A stretch of 63,763 nucleotides of DNA, the filler included, from a bacterium (GTDB lineage: Bacteria > JADJOY01), in NCBI GenBank assembly GCA_046331705.1. It is 4 parts of 4 records of this genome, joined end to end, with 100 filler letters (N's around TTAATTAATTAA, not from the genome) between each part and the next. Parts side by side here need not be neighbours in the genome. Positions count along the whole stretch, not along the records: positions 1 to 21,033 come from JAXLQJ010000088.1; 3 more parts are not named here. The stretch is one strand, 5' to 3'. The notes below the pieces were generated by a model, which worked only from the letters and a program-made list of their open reading frames with translations, did not search any database and was not told the DNA's origin. This document shows positions 1-8,788 of the stretch, in pieces; the first letter of the stretch is position 1; every line of letters starts with the position of its first letter. A program made the position numbers and the translations under genes.

Positions 1-1812
1 GACGACGAGCCCGCCGTTCGCCAGCTCGAGCTGCTCGCGCTCAGCACGTTCGGCTTCACGGTCGACGAGGCGCGCTCCGGCGAGGAAGCCCTGGAGCTTT
101 GGGCGCGCGAGCGCCACGGGCTCATCCTCCTCGACCTCAACATGCCGGGGATCGGCGGCTTCGAAGCATGTCGGCGCATTCGCGCGATGCCCGGTGGCGA
201 GCACGTACCGATCCTGGTGGTGACGGGCGCCAACGACAACGACTCGGTTCGCGCCGCGTTCAACGCCGGCGCCACCGACTTCCTGCTCAAGCCCATGAGC
301 CTGATCATGCTGGAGAACCGCGTCCGCTACGCGCTGCGCTCCTCGGACGCGCTGGAACGGCTACGCGAGAGTGAGCGCAGCGTCCGCAAGCTCGCCTATC
401 ACGACAGCCTGACGGGGCTCGGCAATCGGCGTTTCGCGCAGGATCGGTTGTCGAGCGCGGTCGCCGCGGCGAAGCGGCACGGTCGGATGCTCGCGGTGCT
501 GTTCCTCGATCTCGACAAGTTCAAGCGCATCAACGACACGCTCGGGCACGGCGCCGGCGACGCGCTCCTGCGCGAGGTCGCCCACCGCTTGTCGGATGCC
601 GTTCGCAGCTCGGACTCCGTGTCGCGCCTCAACGATCCCGACGACTCGGCGGTGTCGCGGCTCGGAGGCGACGAGTTCACGGTGGTGCTGAGCGAGATCC
701 GCGAGCCCCACGATGCAGCGAACGTCGCGCGGCGCATCCTGCACACGCTGGCCGCGCCGATGAGCCTGGAGGGCCACGAGGTGGTCGTGGGCGCGAGCAT
801 CGGGCTCGCGATCTTCCCCCGCGACGGCGAGACCCCCGAGGCGCTCATGTGCAACGCCGACGCCGCGCTCTACAGCGCCAAGGAAGCGGGCCGCAACACG
901 TTCAAGTTCTACGATCGCGCGCTCAACGCGGTCGCGCACGAGCGGCTGGCGCTCGAGGAGGGGCTGCGCCGGGCGCTCGATCGCGACGAGCTCGAGCTCT
1001 TCTGGCAGCCGATCGTGGAGACCTGCTCCGGCCGCACCGTGGGCGCCGAAGCGCTGTTGCGCTGGCGGGATCCCACGCGTGGGATGGTCGGCCCGGACCA
1101 GTTCATCCCGCTCGCGGAGGACACGGGGCTGATCGTTCCGATCGGCGACTGGGTGCTGCGCGCGGCGTGCAGCCAGCTCGCCGCGTGGCGCGCCAGCGGC
1201 GCGACGCCGCCGCAATTCCGCGCCGCCATCAACCTCTCGCCCGTCCAGCTCGCGCGCGAGGGCTTCGCCGAGCGCGTGCGCGCGATCCTCGCGGCGCACG
1301 ACCTCGCCCCCGGCTCGATCGAGCTCGAGATCACCGAGCGGACGCTGATCCGCGCCGAGGCCACGGTGGAGGCGAACCTGCGCGCGTTGCGCGCGATCGG
1401 GCTCAGGCTCTCCCTCGACGACTTCGGCACCGGCTTCTCGTCGCTCTCGTATCTGCGGCGCTTCCGCTTCGACACGCTCAAGATCGACCGCTCCTTCGTC
1501 CGCGACGTGATGGTCGACCCCGAGGACGCCGCCATCACCACGGCCATCCTGTCGATGTCGCACGCGCTCGGGCTGGAAGTCGTCGCCGAAGGAGTCGAGA
1601 CCGAAGCGCAGCGCGCGTTCCTCACCGAGCGTCGCTGCGATCGGATGCAGGGCTATCTGTTCAGCCGTCCAGCGGATGCCGAGACGATCGCCGCGCTCTT
1701 CGACAAAGGCTTCGGCGGCGCGTCGAGCTCGATGCGACCGCACCCGGCACCCGCCGAGCGACGAGCCCCGGCGGCCATGCCCCGCTTCACCCATCCGCCG
1801 ATCGCGGCGTGA
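1..1812 (+). CDS. Response regulator receiver + GGDEF + EAL c-di-GMP enzyme (5' partial)
   Basis: Frame is open from base 1 (DDEPAVRQL...LILLDLNMPG, receiver domain). Motifs AYHDSLTGLGNR, FLDLDKFKRINDTLGH, RLGGDEF, GAEALLRW, DDFGTGFSSL, KIDRSFV, AEGVET. True start is upstream of the window. Confidence 0.95.
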   Translation, partial: DDEPAVRQLELLALSTFGFTVDEARSGEEALELWARERHGLILLDLNMPGIGGFEACRRIRAMPGGEHVPILVVTGANDNDSVRAAFNAGATDFLLKPMSLIMLENRVRYALRSSDALERLRESERSVRKLAYHDSLTGLGNRRFAQDRLSSAVAAAKRHGRMLAVLFLDLDKFKRINDTLGHGAGDALLREVAHRLSDAVRSSDSVSRLNDPDDSAVSRLGGDEFTVVLSEIREPHDAANVARRILHTLAAPMSLEGHEVVVGASIGLAIFPRDGETPEALMCNADAALYSAKEAGRNTFKFYDRALNAVAHERLALEEGLRRALDRDELELFWQPIVETCSGRTVGAEALLRWRDPTRGMVGPDQFIPLAEDTGLIVPIGDWVLRAACSQLAAWRASGATPPQFRAAINLSPVQLAREGFAERVRAILAAHDLAPGSIELEITERTLIRAEATVEANLRALRAIGLRLSLDDFGTGFSSLSYLRRFRFDTLKIDRSFVRDVMVDPEDAAITTAILSMSHALGLEVVAEGVETEAQRAFLTERRCDRMQGYLFSRPADAETIAALFDKGFGGASSSMRPHPAPAERRAPAAMPRFTHPPIAA

Positions 1813-1848
1813 GCGCCGCCGTACGGCCCGGCGCGCGCGCCGGCGGAA

Positions 1849-2454
1849 TCACGCGCCGAGGGCGCGCAGGCAGAGCTCGGCCGTCGCCGCCGGAATGGGC
1901 ATCCCGGCGAAGGCGCTCGGGTTCTCGACCATGGCGGTCGCCGCGGCGCGCACCGCGCCCACGATGACGGTCGCCGCGAGGCGCGGCTCCACGTCGCGAA
2001 ACTGCCCGCGCTTGATGCCGGCGCCCACCAGCTTGGTGAGCTCGGTCTCGAAGGTGCGGAACTGCTCCTCCAGCACCTTCGAGCGCCGCCCCGACGTCTT
2101 GCCGAACTCCTGCACGTAGGCCTGCTGGAGGACGGCGACGCGGTGGTGCAGGACCGACTCCTCGAGCACGGCGACGATCGCGCGCTCGATCCGCTCACGC
2201 GGGCTGGCGACCCCCGCCACGCGTGACAGGATCGTGGACGTCATCTGCTCCACGGCGTGCTCGTAGACCGCGAGGAAGAGCTCCTGCTTTCCCGCGAAGT
2301 GCCAGTAGAGCGCGCCACGCGTGTAGCCGGCCGTGGCCACGATCTGGTCGATGCTGGTCGCCTGATAGCCCTGCTTGGCGAACAGATCCGTCGCCACGCG
2401 CAGCAAACGCGCGCGGCTCGCGGCGAGATCGGGCGGGGTCCGCTTTCGGGCCAT
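1849..2454 (-). CDS. TetR/AcrR family transcriptional regulator
   Basis: N-terminal HTH LFAKQGYQATSIDQIVATAGYTRGALYWHFAGKQELF; divergent from the carboxylase operon. Confidence 0.93.
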   Translation of the reverse strand: MARKRTPPDLAASRARLLRVATDLFAKQGYQATSIDQIVATAGYTRGALYWHFAGKQELFLAVYEHAVEQMTSTILSRVAGVASPRERIERAIVAVLEESVLHHRVAVLQQAYVQEFGKTSGRRSKVLEEQFRTFETELTKLVGAGIKRGQFRDVEPRLAATVIVGAVRAAATAMVENPSAFAGMPIPAATAELCLRALGA

Positions 2455-2491
2455 GGGTGTCGCAGCCGGTCGTCGCCTTCAGGATACCATT

Positions 2492-2511
2492 CACATGACG
2501 ACTGGCATGTG
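2492..2511. promoter_or_regulatory. Putative TetR operator 1 (CACATG-N8-CATGTG)
   Basis: Perfect 6-bp inverted repeat with 8-bp spacer in the divergent intergenic region; a similar copy lies at 2566-2585. Confidence 0.6.
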
Positions 2512-2563
2512 TCGCATGCCGATATGGGCCGTGATAAGTGGCCATTTTCGTCGGGACGAGGAA

Positions 2564-2592
2564 TAGACATACTCGACATCATGTGATAGGGT
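2564..2592 (+). promoter_or_regulatory. Putative sigma70 promoter (TAGACA-N17-TAGGGT) overlapped by operator 2 (GACATA-N8-CATGTG, 2566-2585)
   Basis: -35 at 2564-2569, 17-bp spacer, -10 at 2587-2592, 47 bp before the ATG at 2640. Confidence 0.55.
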
Positions 2593-2639
2593 CGCACTCG
2601 TTTCGCACCGACCCGAGCCACCTCGCCGGCGAGGATCGC

Positions 2640-4250
2640 ATGCAGGTCATCGACACGCGCATCGACACCCAGAGCGACGAGTACAAGCGTCGCTACGAGC
2701 ACAACGAGAAGCTGGTCGGCGAGCTGCGCGAGAACCTGCGCAAGGCTCGCGACGAGCGCTCCGAGAAGGCCCGCAAGCGCCACGTCAGCCAGGGCAAGCT
2801 GCCGATTCGCGAGCGCCTGGAACGGCTGCTCGATCCCAACACGCCGTTCCTCGAGACCGCGCCGCTCGCCGGCCACGGCATGTACGACGGCGGCGTGCAC
2901 GCCGCCGGCTTGGTCTCGGGCGTCGGCATCATCCACGGCCGCGAGTGGTACGTGGTCGGCAACGACGCGATGGTGAAGGGCGGCTCGTCCTATCCCATCA
3001 CCGTCAAGAAGAGCCTGCGCGACCAGGAGATCATCCTGGAGAACCGGCTGCCGGTCGTGAACATGATCGATTCGGCGGGCGCCTACCTGCCGGAGCAGGC
3101 GCAGATCTTCGCCGACAAGTGGATGGGTGGCCGCGTCTTCTACCACCAGGCGCTCATGTCGAAGCTCGGCATTCCGCAGATCGCCGTGGTGATGGGCCAT
3201 TGCACCGCCGGCGGCGCCTACGTGCCGGCCATGTCCACGTTCGTCGTCCAGGTGAAGAAGACCGGCGCCATCTTCCTGGGCGGGCCGCCGCTGGTGCGTG
3301 CCGCCACCGGCGAGGTCGTGAGCGCCGAGGATCTGGGCGGCGCCGACGTCCACTGCAGCCAGTCCGGCGTCGCGGACTTCTACGCCGAGAACGACGAGCA
3401 CGCGCTCGCGATCGCCCGCGACCTCGCGCAGAACGTGAACCTGAGCGACAAGGTCCGCGTGCCCACGCGCGAGCCCTGCGAGCCCAAGTACGACCCGCGC
3501 GAGCTCTACGGCATCGTGCCCGCCGAGATCGCCAAGCCCTACGACGTGCGCGAGGTGATCGCGCGCATCGTCGACGGCAGCGAGTTCGAGGAGTTCAAGG
3601 CGCGTTTCGGCACCACGCTGGTCACGGGTTTCGCGTACATCCACGGCATGAAGGTGGGCATCCTCGCCAACAACGGCGTGCTCTTCAGCGAGAGCGCGCT
3701 CAAGGGCACCCAGTTCATCCAGATCTGCGATTCGATGCGCATCCCGCTGGTGTTCCTGCAGAACATCATGGGCTTCATCATCGGCCGCGAGTACGAGGCC
3801 AAGGGCATCACCAAGGACGGTCACAAGATGGTGGCCGCGGTGTCGTGCGCCACGGTGCCCAAGTTCACGGTGATGATCGGCGGCTCGTTCGGCGCCGGCA
3901 ACTACGCGATGTGCGGGCGCGCCTACGGTCCGCGTTGGCTCTGGACGTGGCCCAACCACCGCGTCTCCGTGATGGGTGGCGAGCAAGCTGCGGACGTGCT
4001 CGTCTCGATCAAGCAGGACCAGCTCGCGCGCGAGGGCGAGCAGCTCCTCGACGAGGGCGCGATCCAGTGGATCCGTCAGCCCGTGATCGAGACCTACGAG
4101 CAAGAGGGCAACGCGTACGCATCGACCTCCAAGCTCTGGGACGACGGCATCATCGATCCCGCCAAGACCCGCGACGTCCTCGGGCTCGCGATCAGCGCCT
4201 CGCTCAACGCGCCGATGGAGCCCTTCGGCCACGGCGTCTTCCGGTTTTGA
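2640..4250 (+). CDS. Acyl-CoA carboxylase carboxyltransferase (beta) subunit, methylcrotonyl/geranyl-CoA carboxylase type (LiuB/AtuC-like)
   Basis: GKLPIRERLERLLD, GHCTAGGAYVP, GGPPLVRAATGE, FLQNIMGF, GGSFGAGNYAMCGRAY, LWDDGIIDP. Start placed at ATG 2640 after GAGGA. Confidence 0.93.
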   Translation: MQVIDTRIDTQSDEYKRRYEHNEKLVGELRENLRKARDERSEKARKRHVSQGKLPIRERLERLLDPNTPFLETAPLAGHGMYDGGVHAAGLVSGVGIIHGREWYVVGNDAMVKGGSSYPITVKKSLRDQEIILENRLPVVNMIDSAGAYLPEQAQIFADKWMGGRVFYHQALMSKLGIPQIAVVMGHCTAGGAYVPAMSTFVVQVKKTGAIFLGGPPLVRAATGEVVSAEDLGGADVHCSQSGVADFYAENDEHALAIARDLAQNVNLSDKVRVPTREPCEPKYDPRELYGIVPAEIAKPYDVREVIARIVDGSEFEEFKARFGTTLVTGFAYIHGMKVGILANNGVLFSESALKGTQFIQICDSMRIPLVFLQNIMGFIIGREYEAKGITKDGHKMVAAVSCATVPKFTVMIGGSFGAGNYAMCGRAYGPRWLWTWPNHRVSVMGGEQAADVLVSIKQDQLAREGEQLLDEGAIQWIRQPVIETYEQEGNAYASTSKLWDDGIIDPAKTRDVLGLAISASLNAPMEPFGHGVFRF

Positions 4251-4255
4251 GACCG

Positions 4256-5755
4256 ATGTTTCGCAAGGTTCTGATCGCGAATCGCGGGGAGATCGCGGTG
4301 CGGATCATCCGCACTTGCCGCGAGCTCGGACTCGGCACGGTGGCGGTCTACTCGGACGTGGACGCCGCGGCGCTCCACGTTCAAGAAGCGGACGAAGCCG
4401 TGGCACTCGGTCGCGCCGCGCCCGCCGAGAGCTACCTGAACATCGCGAAGATCCTGGACGCGTGCCGCGCCACCGGCGCGGACGCGCTCCATCCCGGATA
4501 CGGCTTTCTCTCGGAACGACCCGTGCTCGCCCGCGCCTGCGCCGAGCACGGCGTGACCTTCATCGGTCCGCCGCCCCACGCGATGGAAGTGCTGGGCAGC
4601 AAGACCGAATCGCGGAAGCTCATGATCGCGCGCGGCGTGCCCGTCACTCCCGGCACGCCTGCCGAGGACTGGACCGTGCCGCGCCTCGCCGCGGCGGCGG
4701 AGAAGCTGGGCTATCCGGTGCTGCTCAAGGCGGCGGCCGGCGGCGGCGGCAAGGGCATGCGCGTGGTGTTCGGCCCGCAAACCCTCGAGGCTGACCACGC
4801 AGCAGCCGTTCGCGAGGCCATCTCCGCGTTCGGCGACGGCACCGTCTACCTCGAGAAGATGGTGAAGTCCCCGCGCCACGTGGAAGTGCAGATCCTCGCC
4901 GACCAGCACGGCAACTGCCTCCACCTCGGCGAGCGCGAGTGCTCGATCCAGCGCCGCCACCAGAAGATCGTCGAAGAATCGCCGTCGATGGTCGTGGACG
5001 ACGAGCTGCGTGCGCGCATGGGCGAGGTCGCGGTGCGCGCGGCGCAGGCCGCGGGCTACACCAACGCCGGCACCGTCGAGTTCCTGGTCGATCCCGAGCG
5101 CAACTTCTACTTCCTCGAGATCAACGCCCGCCTGCAGGTCGAGCACCCGGTCACCGAGCTGGTCACCGGCATCGACCTGGTGAAGAAGCAGATCGAGATC
5201 GCCGCGGGCGAGCCGCTCGGGCTCACGCAGGAGCAAGTGGTGCGGCGCGGCCACGCGATCGAGGTCCGCATCTACGCCGAGGACCCGGCCCACGACTTCC
5301 GACCCAGCCCCGGCACGCTGGTGGCCTACGAGGAGCCGCGCGGCCCCGGCATCCGCGTGGACAGCGGTGTGTACGCCGGCTACACGGTGCCGCTCGAGTA
5401 CGACCCCATCCTCGCCAAGCTCATCGCGTTCGGAGACGACCGCGAGACCGCGCGCCGCCGCCTGGTTCACGCGCTCGAGCGCTACACGGTGCTGGGCGTC
5501 GCCACGGCCACGTCGTACCTGCGCGACATCCTCTCGCACCCGGCGTTCGTCGCTGGCGAGCTCGCCACCGACTTCATCCCCAAGCACTTCGCCGAGTGGA
5601 CGCCACCCGCGAAGCACGAGCTCGAAGCGGTGGTGGCCGCGGCGCTCGCGGCGCGTTCGCGCCCAGCGCGCTCCATCGGCACCGCGAGCGGCGCGCCAGC
5701 CACCAGCGAGGGCTCGCCGTGGAATCGTCTCGGCGCCTGGACCCTGACCTCCTGA
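4256..5755 (+). CDS. Biotin carboxylase subunit
   Basis: MFRKVLIANRGEIAVR, HPGYGFLSE, KAAAGGGGKGMR, ERECSIQRRHQK, RLQVEHPVTE. ATG is 5 bp after the beta-subunit stop. Confidence 0.95.
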   Translation: MFRKVLIANRGEIAVRIIRTCRELGLGTVAVYSDVDAAALHVQEADEAVALGRAAPAESYLNIAKILDACRATGADALHPGYGFLSERPVLARACAEHGVTFIGPPPHAMEVLGSKTESRKLMIARGVPVTPGTPAEDWTVPRLAAAAEKLGYPVLLKAAAGGGGKGMRVVFGPQTLEADHAAAVREAISAFGDGTVYLEKMVKSPRHVEVQILADQHGNCLHLGERECSIQRRHQKIVEESPSMVVDDELRARMGEVAVRAAQAAGYTNAGTVEFLVDPERNFYFLEINARLQVEHPVTELVTGIDLVKKQIEIAAGEPLGLTQEQVVRRGHAIEVRIYAEDPAHDFRPSPGTLVAYEEPRGPGIRVDSGVYAGYTVPLEYDPILAKLIAFGDDRETARRRLVHALERYTVLGVATATSYLRDILSHPAFVAGELATDFIPKHFAEWTPPAKHELEAVVAAALAARSRPARSIGTASGAPATSEGSPWNRLGAWTLTS

Positions 5756-5777
5756 CGCGAGCGGCGACGAGCGCACC

Positions 5778-6302
5778 ATGAGCCTCACCTACCAGATCGG
5801 CGAGCGCGCCCTCCGCGTGCGCATCGAGAGCGAGGCCGACGGCTTCGCGCGAGTGACCGTCACGCCGGTGGCGGGTGGCGAGGAGCGGACGTTCCGCGCC
5901 CGCTACGTCCCCATCGAAGGGACGCGCGCGCTGCTCGAGATCGACGGACGCCAGCACGTCGTGCACGTCGCCGCCGGCGAGGATGCGCACCACGTGTCGA
6001 TCGCCGGCGAGCACCATGCGGTGCTGCCGCCCGAGGTGCTGGAGAAGCGACGTCGTGCCGGCGGCGGCGCCGCCGAGGCGAGCGGACACGTCACGCCGCC
6101 CATGCCCGGCCAGGTCATCAAGGTCCTGGTGCAGCCGGGCGACGACGTCGCGAAGGGTCAAGCGCTCGTCGTGATCATGGCGATGAAGATGGAAACGACG
6201 TTGTGCGCCCCGCACGCCGGCAAGATCACGCAGGTGCGCGCCACGGAAGGCGCGCAGGTGAAGCCGAGCGACGTGCTGGTCGACATCGAACGCGAAGGCT
6301 GA
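5778..6302 (+). CDS. Biotin carboxyl carrier protein with N-terminal BT-like domain
   Basis: PMPGQVIKVLVQPGDDV and AMKME biotinylation motif. Confidence 0.92.
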   Translation: MSLTYQIGERALRVRIESEADGFARVTVTPVAGGEERTFRARYVPIEGTRALLEIDGRQHVVHVAAGEDAHHVSIAGEHHAVLPPEVLEKRRRAGGGAAEASGHVTPPMPGQVIKVLVQPGDDVAKGQALVVIMAMKMETTLCAPHAGKITQVRATEGAQVKPSDVLVDIEREG

Positions 6303-6392
6303 AGCCAAATCGGTCGCGCTCGGCCGCGGCGCGCGCGCCGAGCATCCGCCCCGTCACCACCGCATCAGGCAATTGCTCGCGAGGATCCGCCC

Positions 6393-7550
6393 ATGCCCAT
6401 GCACTACTTCACACCCGAGCAGCGCACCTTCCAGCAAACCGTCCGCGACTTCTTCGACAAGGAAGTGAATCCGCACATCGACGAGTGGGAGGAGAAGGGG
6501 ATCTTCCCGGCGCATCGCATCTTCAAGCGCTGCGGCGAGCTCGGGCTCCTGGGCATCACCTACGATCCCAAGTACGGCGGCTCGGGACTCGACTACTGGT
6601 GGACGGTCGCCTTCGCCGAGGCGATGGGCGAGACCGTGCAGTGCAGCGGCATCCCGATGGCGATCATGGTGCAGACCGACATGTGCACCCCCGCGCTTCA
6701 CGAGTTCGGCAGCGAGGAGCTGAAGGAGCGCTTCCTGGTGCCGTCGATCAAGGGCGAGATGGTGGGCGCGATCGGCGTGACCGAGCCGGCCGCCGGCTCG
6801 GACGTGTTCGGCATCCAGACCCACGCACGTCGCGACGGCGACCATTACGTCATCAACGGCCGCAAGATCTTCATCACCAACGGAACGCAAGCCGACTACG
6901 TCACCACGCTGGTCAAGACCGACAAGGACGCGGCGCACCACGGCTTCAGCCTGATCGTCGTGCCGACGAGCACGCCGGGCTTCCAGGTGGCCCGCAAGCT
7001 CGACAAGGTGGGAAATCTCTCGTCCGACACCGCCGAGCTGGTCTACGAGGACGTGCGCGTTCCGGTGGCCAACCGCATCGGCGACGAAGGAATGGGCTTC
7101 ATCTACCAGATGCGCCAGTTCCAGAAGGAACGCATGGTGGCCGCGGTGGGCGCCGTCGCCGGCGCGCAGAAGGCGCTCGACATCACCGCCGAGTACCTGA
7201 AGCAGCGTGAAGCGTTCGGCAAGCCGCTCATCGCCAAGCAGTACATCCAGTTCAAGCTCGCCGAGCTCTCGACCCAGATCGAGCTCGCCCGTCAGCTCAA
7301 CTACCACTGCGCGCGCATGATCGCCGCCAACGAGGACTGCGTGCGCGAGACCTCGATGGCGAAGCTCGCCTCGTGCCGGCTGTCACGCGAGGTCGCCGAC
7401 TGGTGCGTGCAGTTCCACGGCGGCTACGGCTACATGAACGAGTACCGGATCAGCCGCTACTGGCGCGATTCCCGGCTCGGCTCGATCGGCGGCGGCGCCG
7501 ACGAGGTGATGATGTACATCATCGCCAAGCTCGAGAATTACGCCGCCTGA
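6393..7550 (+). CDS. Acyl-CoA dehydrogenase (AtuD/long-chain-like)
   Basis: AIGVTEPAAGSD, INGRKIFITNG, REAFGKPL, QFHGGYGYM, IGGGADEVM. Confidence 0.93.
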   Translation: MPMHYFTPEQRTFQQTVRDFFDKEVNPHIDEWEEKGIFPAHRIFKRCGELGLLGITYDPKYGGSGLDYWWTVAFAEAMGETVQCSGIPMAIMVQTDMCTPALHEFGSEELKERFLVPSIKGEMVGAIGVTEPAAGSDVFGIQTHARRDGDHYVINGRKIFITNGTQADYVTTLVKTDKDAAHHGFSLIVVPTSTPGFQVARKLDKVGNLSSDTAELVYEDVRVPVANRIGDEGMGFIYQMRQFQKERMVAAVGAVAGAQKALDITAEYLKQREAFGKPLIAKQYIQFKLAELSTQIELARQLNYHCARMIAANEDCVRETSMAKLASCRLSREVADWCVQFHGGYGYMNEYRISRYWRDSRLGSIGGGADEVMMYIIAKLENYAA

Positions 7551-7744
7551 ACGAAGACGGCACGCACGCGCTCGGCGCGATCCTCGACGAGCCCCAGCCG
7601 CTCGAGCGAAGCGGCGACTCGCGCGAGGACGATTCCCCCGGTCTTCGTGGGGCGCGTGCACACGGGTCGGGTAGCCGGCCCCAACGTGGCTCGGGAACCG
7701 CGTGGCTCCCGCGTGGCTGCCGCGCGCCCGGCAGCGCGACGAGC

Positions 7745-8509
7745 TCACAGCACGTAGCCGGAATCGACGGATAGCTCGACTCCGGTGATGTGCTTCGCGT
7801 CGTCCGAGGCCAGGAACCGAATGGCGCGGGCGATGTCGTCCGCGTCGGCGAAACGCCCGCCCCCACTCTTCTCCATCGCGTCGAACGCGGCGGCCTCCGA
7901 GCCGGTCTTCGCCACCAGATCCTGGAAGAACGGCATGCCGAGCCACATCGGCGTCCTCACGCCCGCGGGGCTCACGGCGCACACGCGAACCTGGCTGTCG
8001 CCGTCTCGCAGCTCCTTGGCCGCCACGCGGACCAGCATGCCGAGCCCGGCTTTGCTCACCGAGTACGCGGCGGCGCCGGCGGCGGGGCGAATGCCCGACG
8101 CCGACCCCACCAGCACGATGACGCCCGCGCGCTCGCGCAGCGCGCGCGCTCCGTGCTTCACGGCGAGGAACGCGCCGTCGAGGTTGGTGCTCATCACACG
8201 TCGCCACTCGGCCAGCTCGGTGTCGTGGATGGGGCTGGCGGCGGAGATCCCCGCGCAGTGCACCAGCACGTCGAGCGGGCCGTGGCGCTGGGCAAGAAGC
8301 TCGAGCGCGCGCTCCCAATGCGACTCGGTGCGAACGTCGAGCGCACATGCGCTGACGGTCGAAGGGTCGGAGACCTCGGCGGCAACGGCCTGAGCCGCGA
8401 GCGGATCGAGATCGGCGCACAGCACGCGCGCGCCGTCGGCGGCGAAGAGCCGCGCCGTGGCGGCGCCGATTCCCGACCCCGCTCCAGTGACGAGGACGTT
8501 GGCCGTCAT
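7745..8509 (-). CDS. Short-chain dehydrogenase/reductase
   Basis: VTGAGSGIG, YSVSK (YxxxK), VSPAGVRTPM, ITGVELSVDSG. Start moved to ATG at 8509. Confidence 0.92.
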   Translation of the reverse strand: MTANVLVTGAGSGIGAATARLFAADGARVLCADLDPLAAQAVAAEVSDPSTVSACALDVRTESHWERALELLAQRHGPLDVLVHCAGISAASPIHDTELAEWRRVMSTNLDGAFLAVKHGARALRERAGVIVLVGSASGIRPAAGAAAYSVSKAGLGMLVRVAAKELRDGDSQVRVCAVSPAGVRTPMWLGMPFFQDLVAKTGSEAAAFDAMEKSGGGRFADADDIARAIRFLASDDAKHITGVELSVDSGYVL

Positions 8510-8788
8510 GATCGCACCAGGAGTTCGCGGGCGCTGGCGACGCACCCGTGGCGAGTGTGCCGCGCCGATGCCCGTGCGCCTAGCAGAGAGGACTCGTGAA
8601 ATGGACTCCGCAGGTTCGGCCGTGATTTCATAGCCGTGACGCCGAGCGAGCCGATCGCCATCCCCGATCGACCGCACCCGAATCCTCGACATTCAGCCTC
8701 GCTTCCGACGTGCATCGAAGGGCGTCGGTTGGACGCGCCGAAGAACCGAGATCGCGCGGGTCCGTGCCGCGCCTGCAGGAGACATCCG

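Noticed and set aside
2945-4255. Apparent 936-aa ORF extending biotin carboxylase upstream
   Set aside because: The extension is an off-frame shadow of the beta-subunit gene; the real protein starts at MFRKVLIANRGE (4256).
7551-7744. Short CGTGGCT repeats and partial inverted repeats between convergent genes
   Set aside because: Matches are 8 bp or less and do not nest into a consistent structure; compatible with chance in GC-rich DNA.
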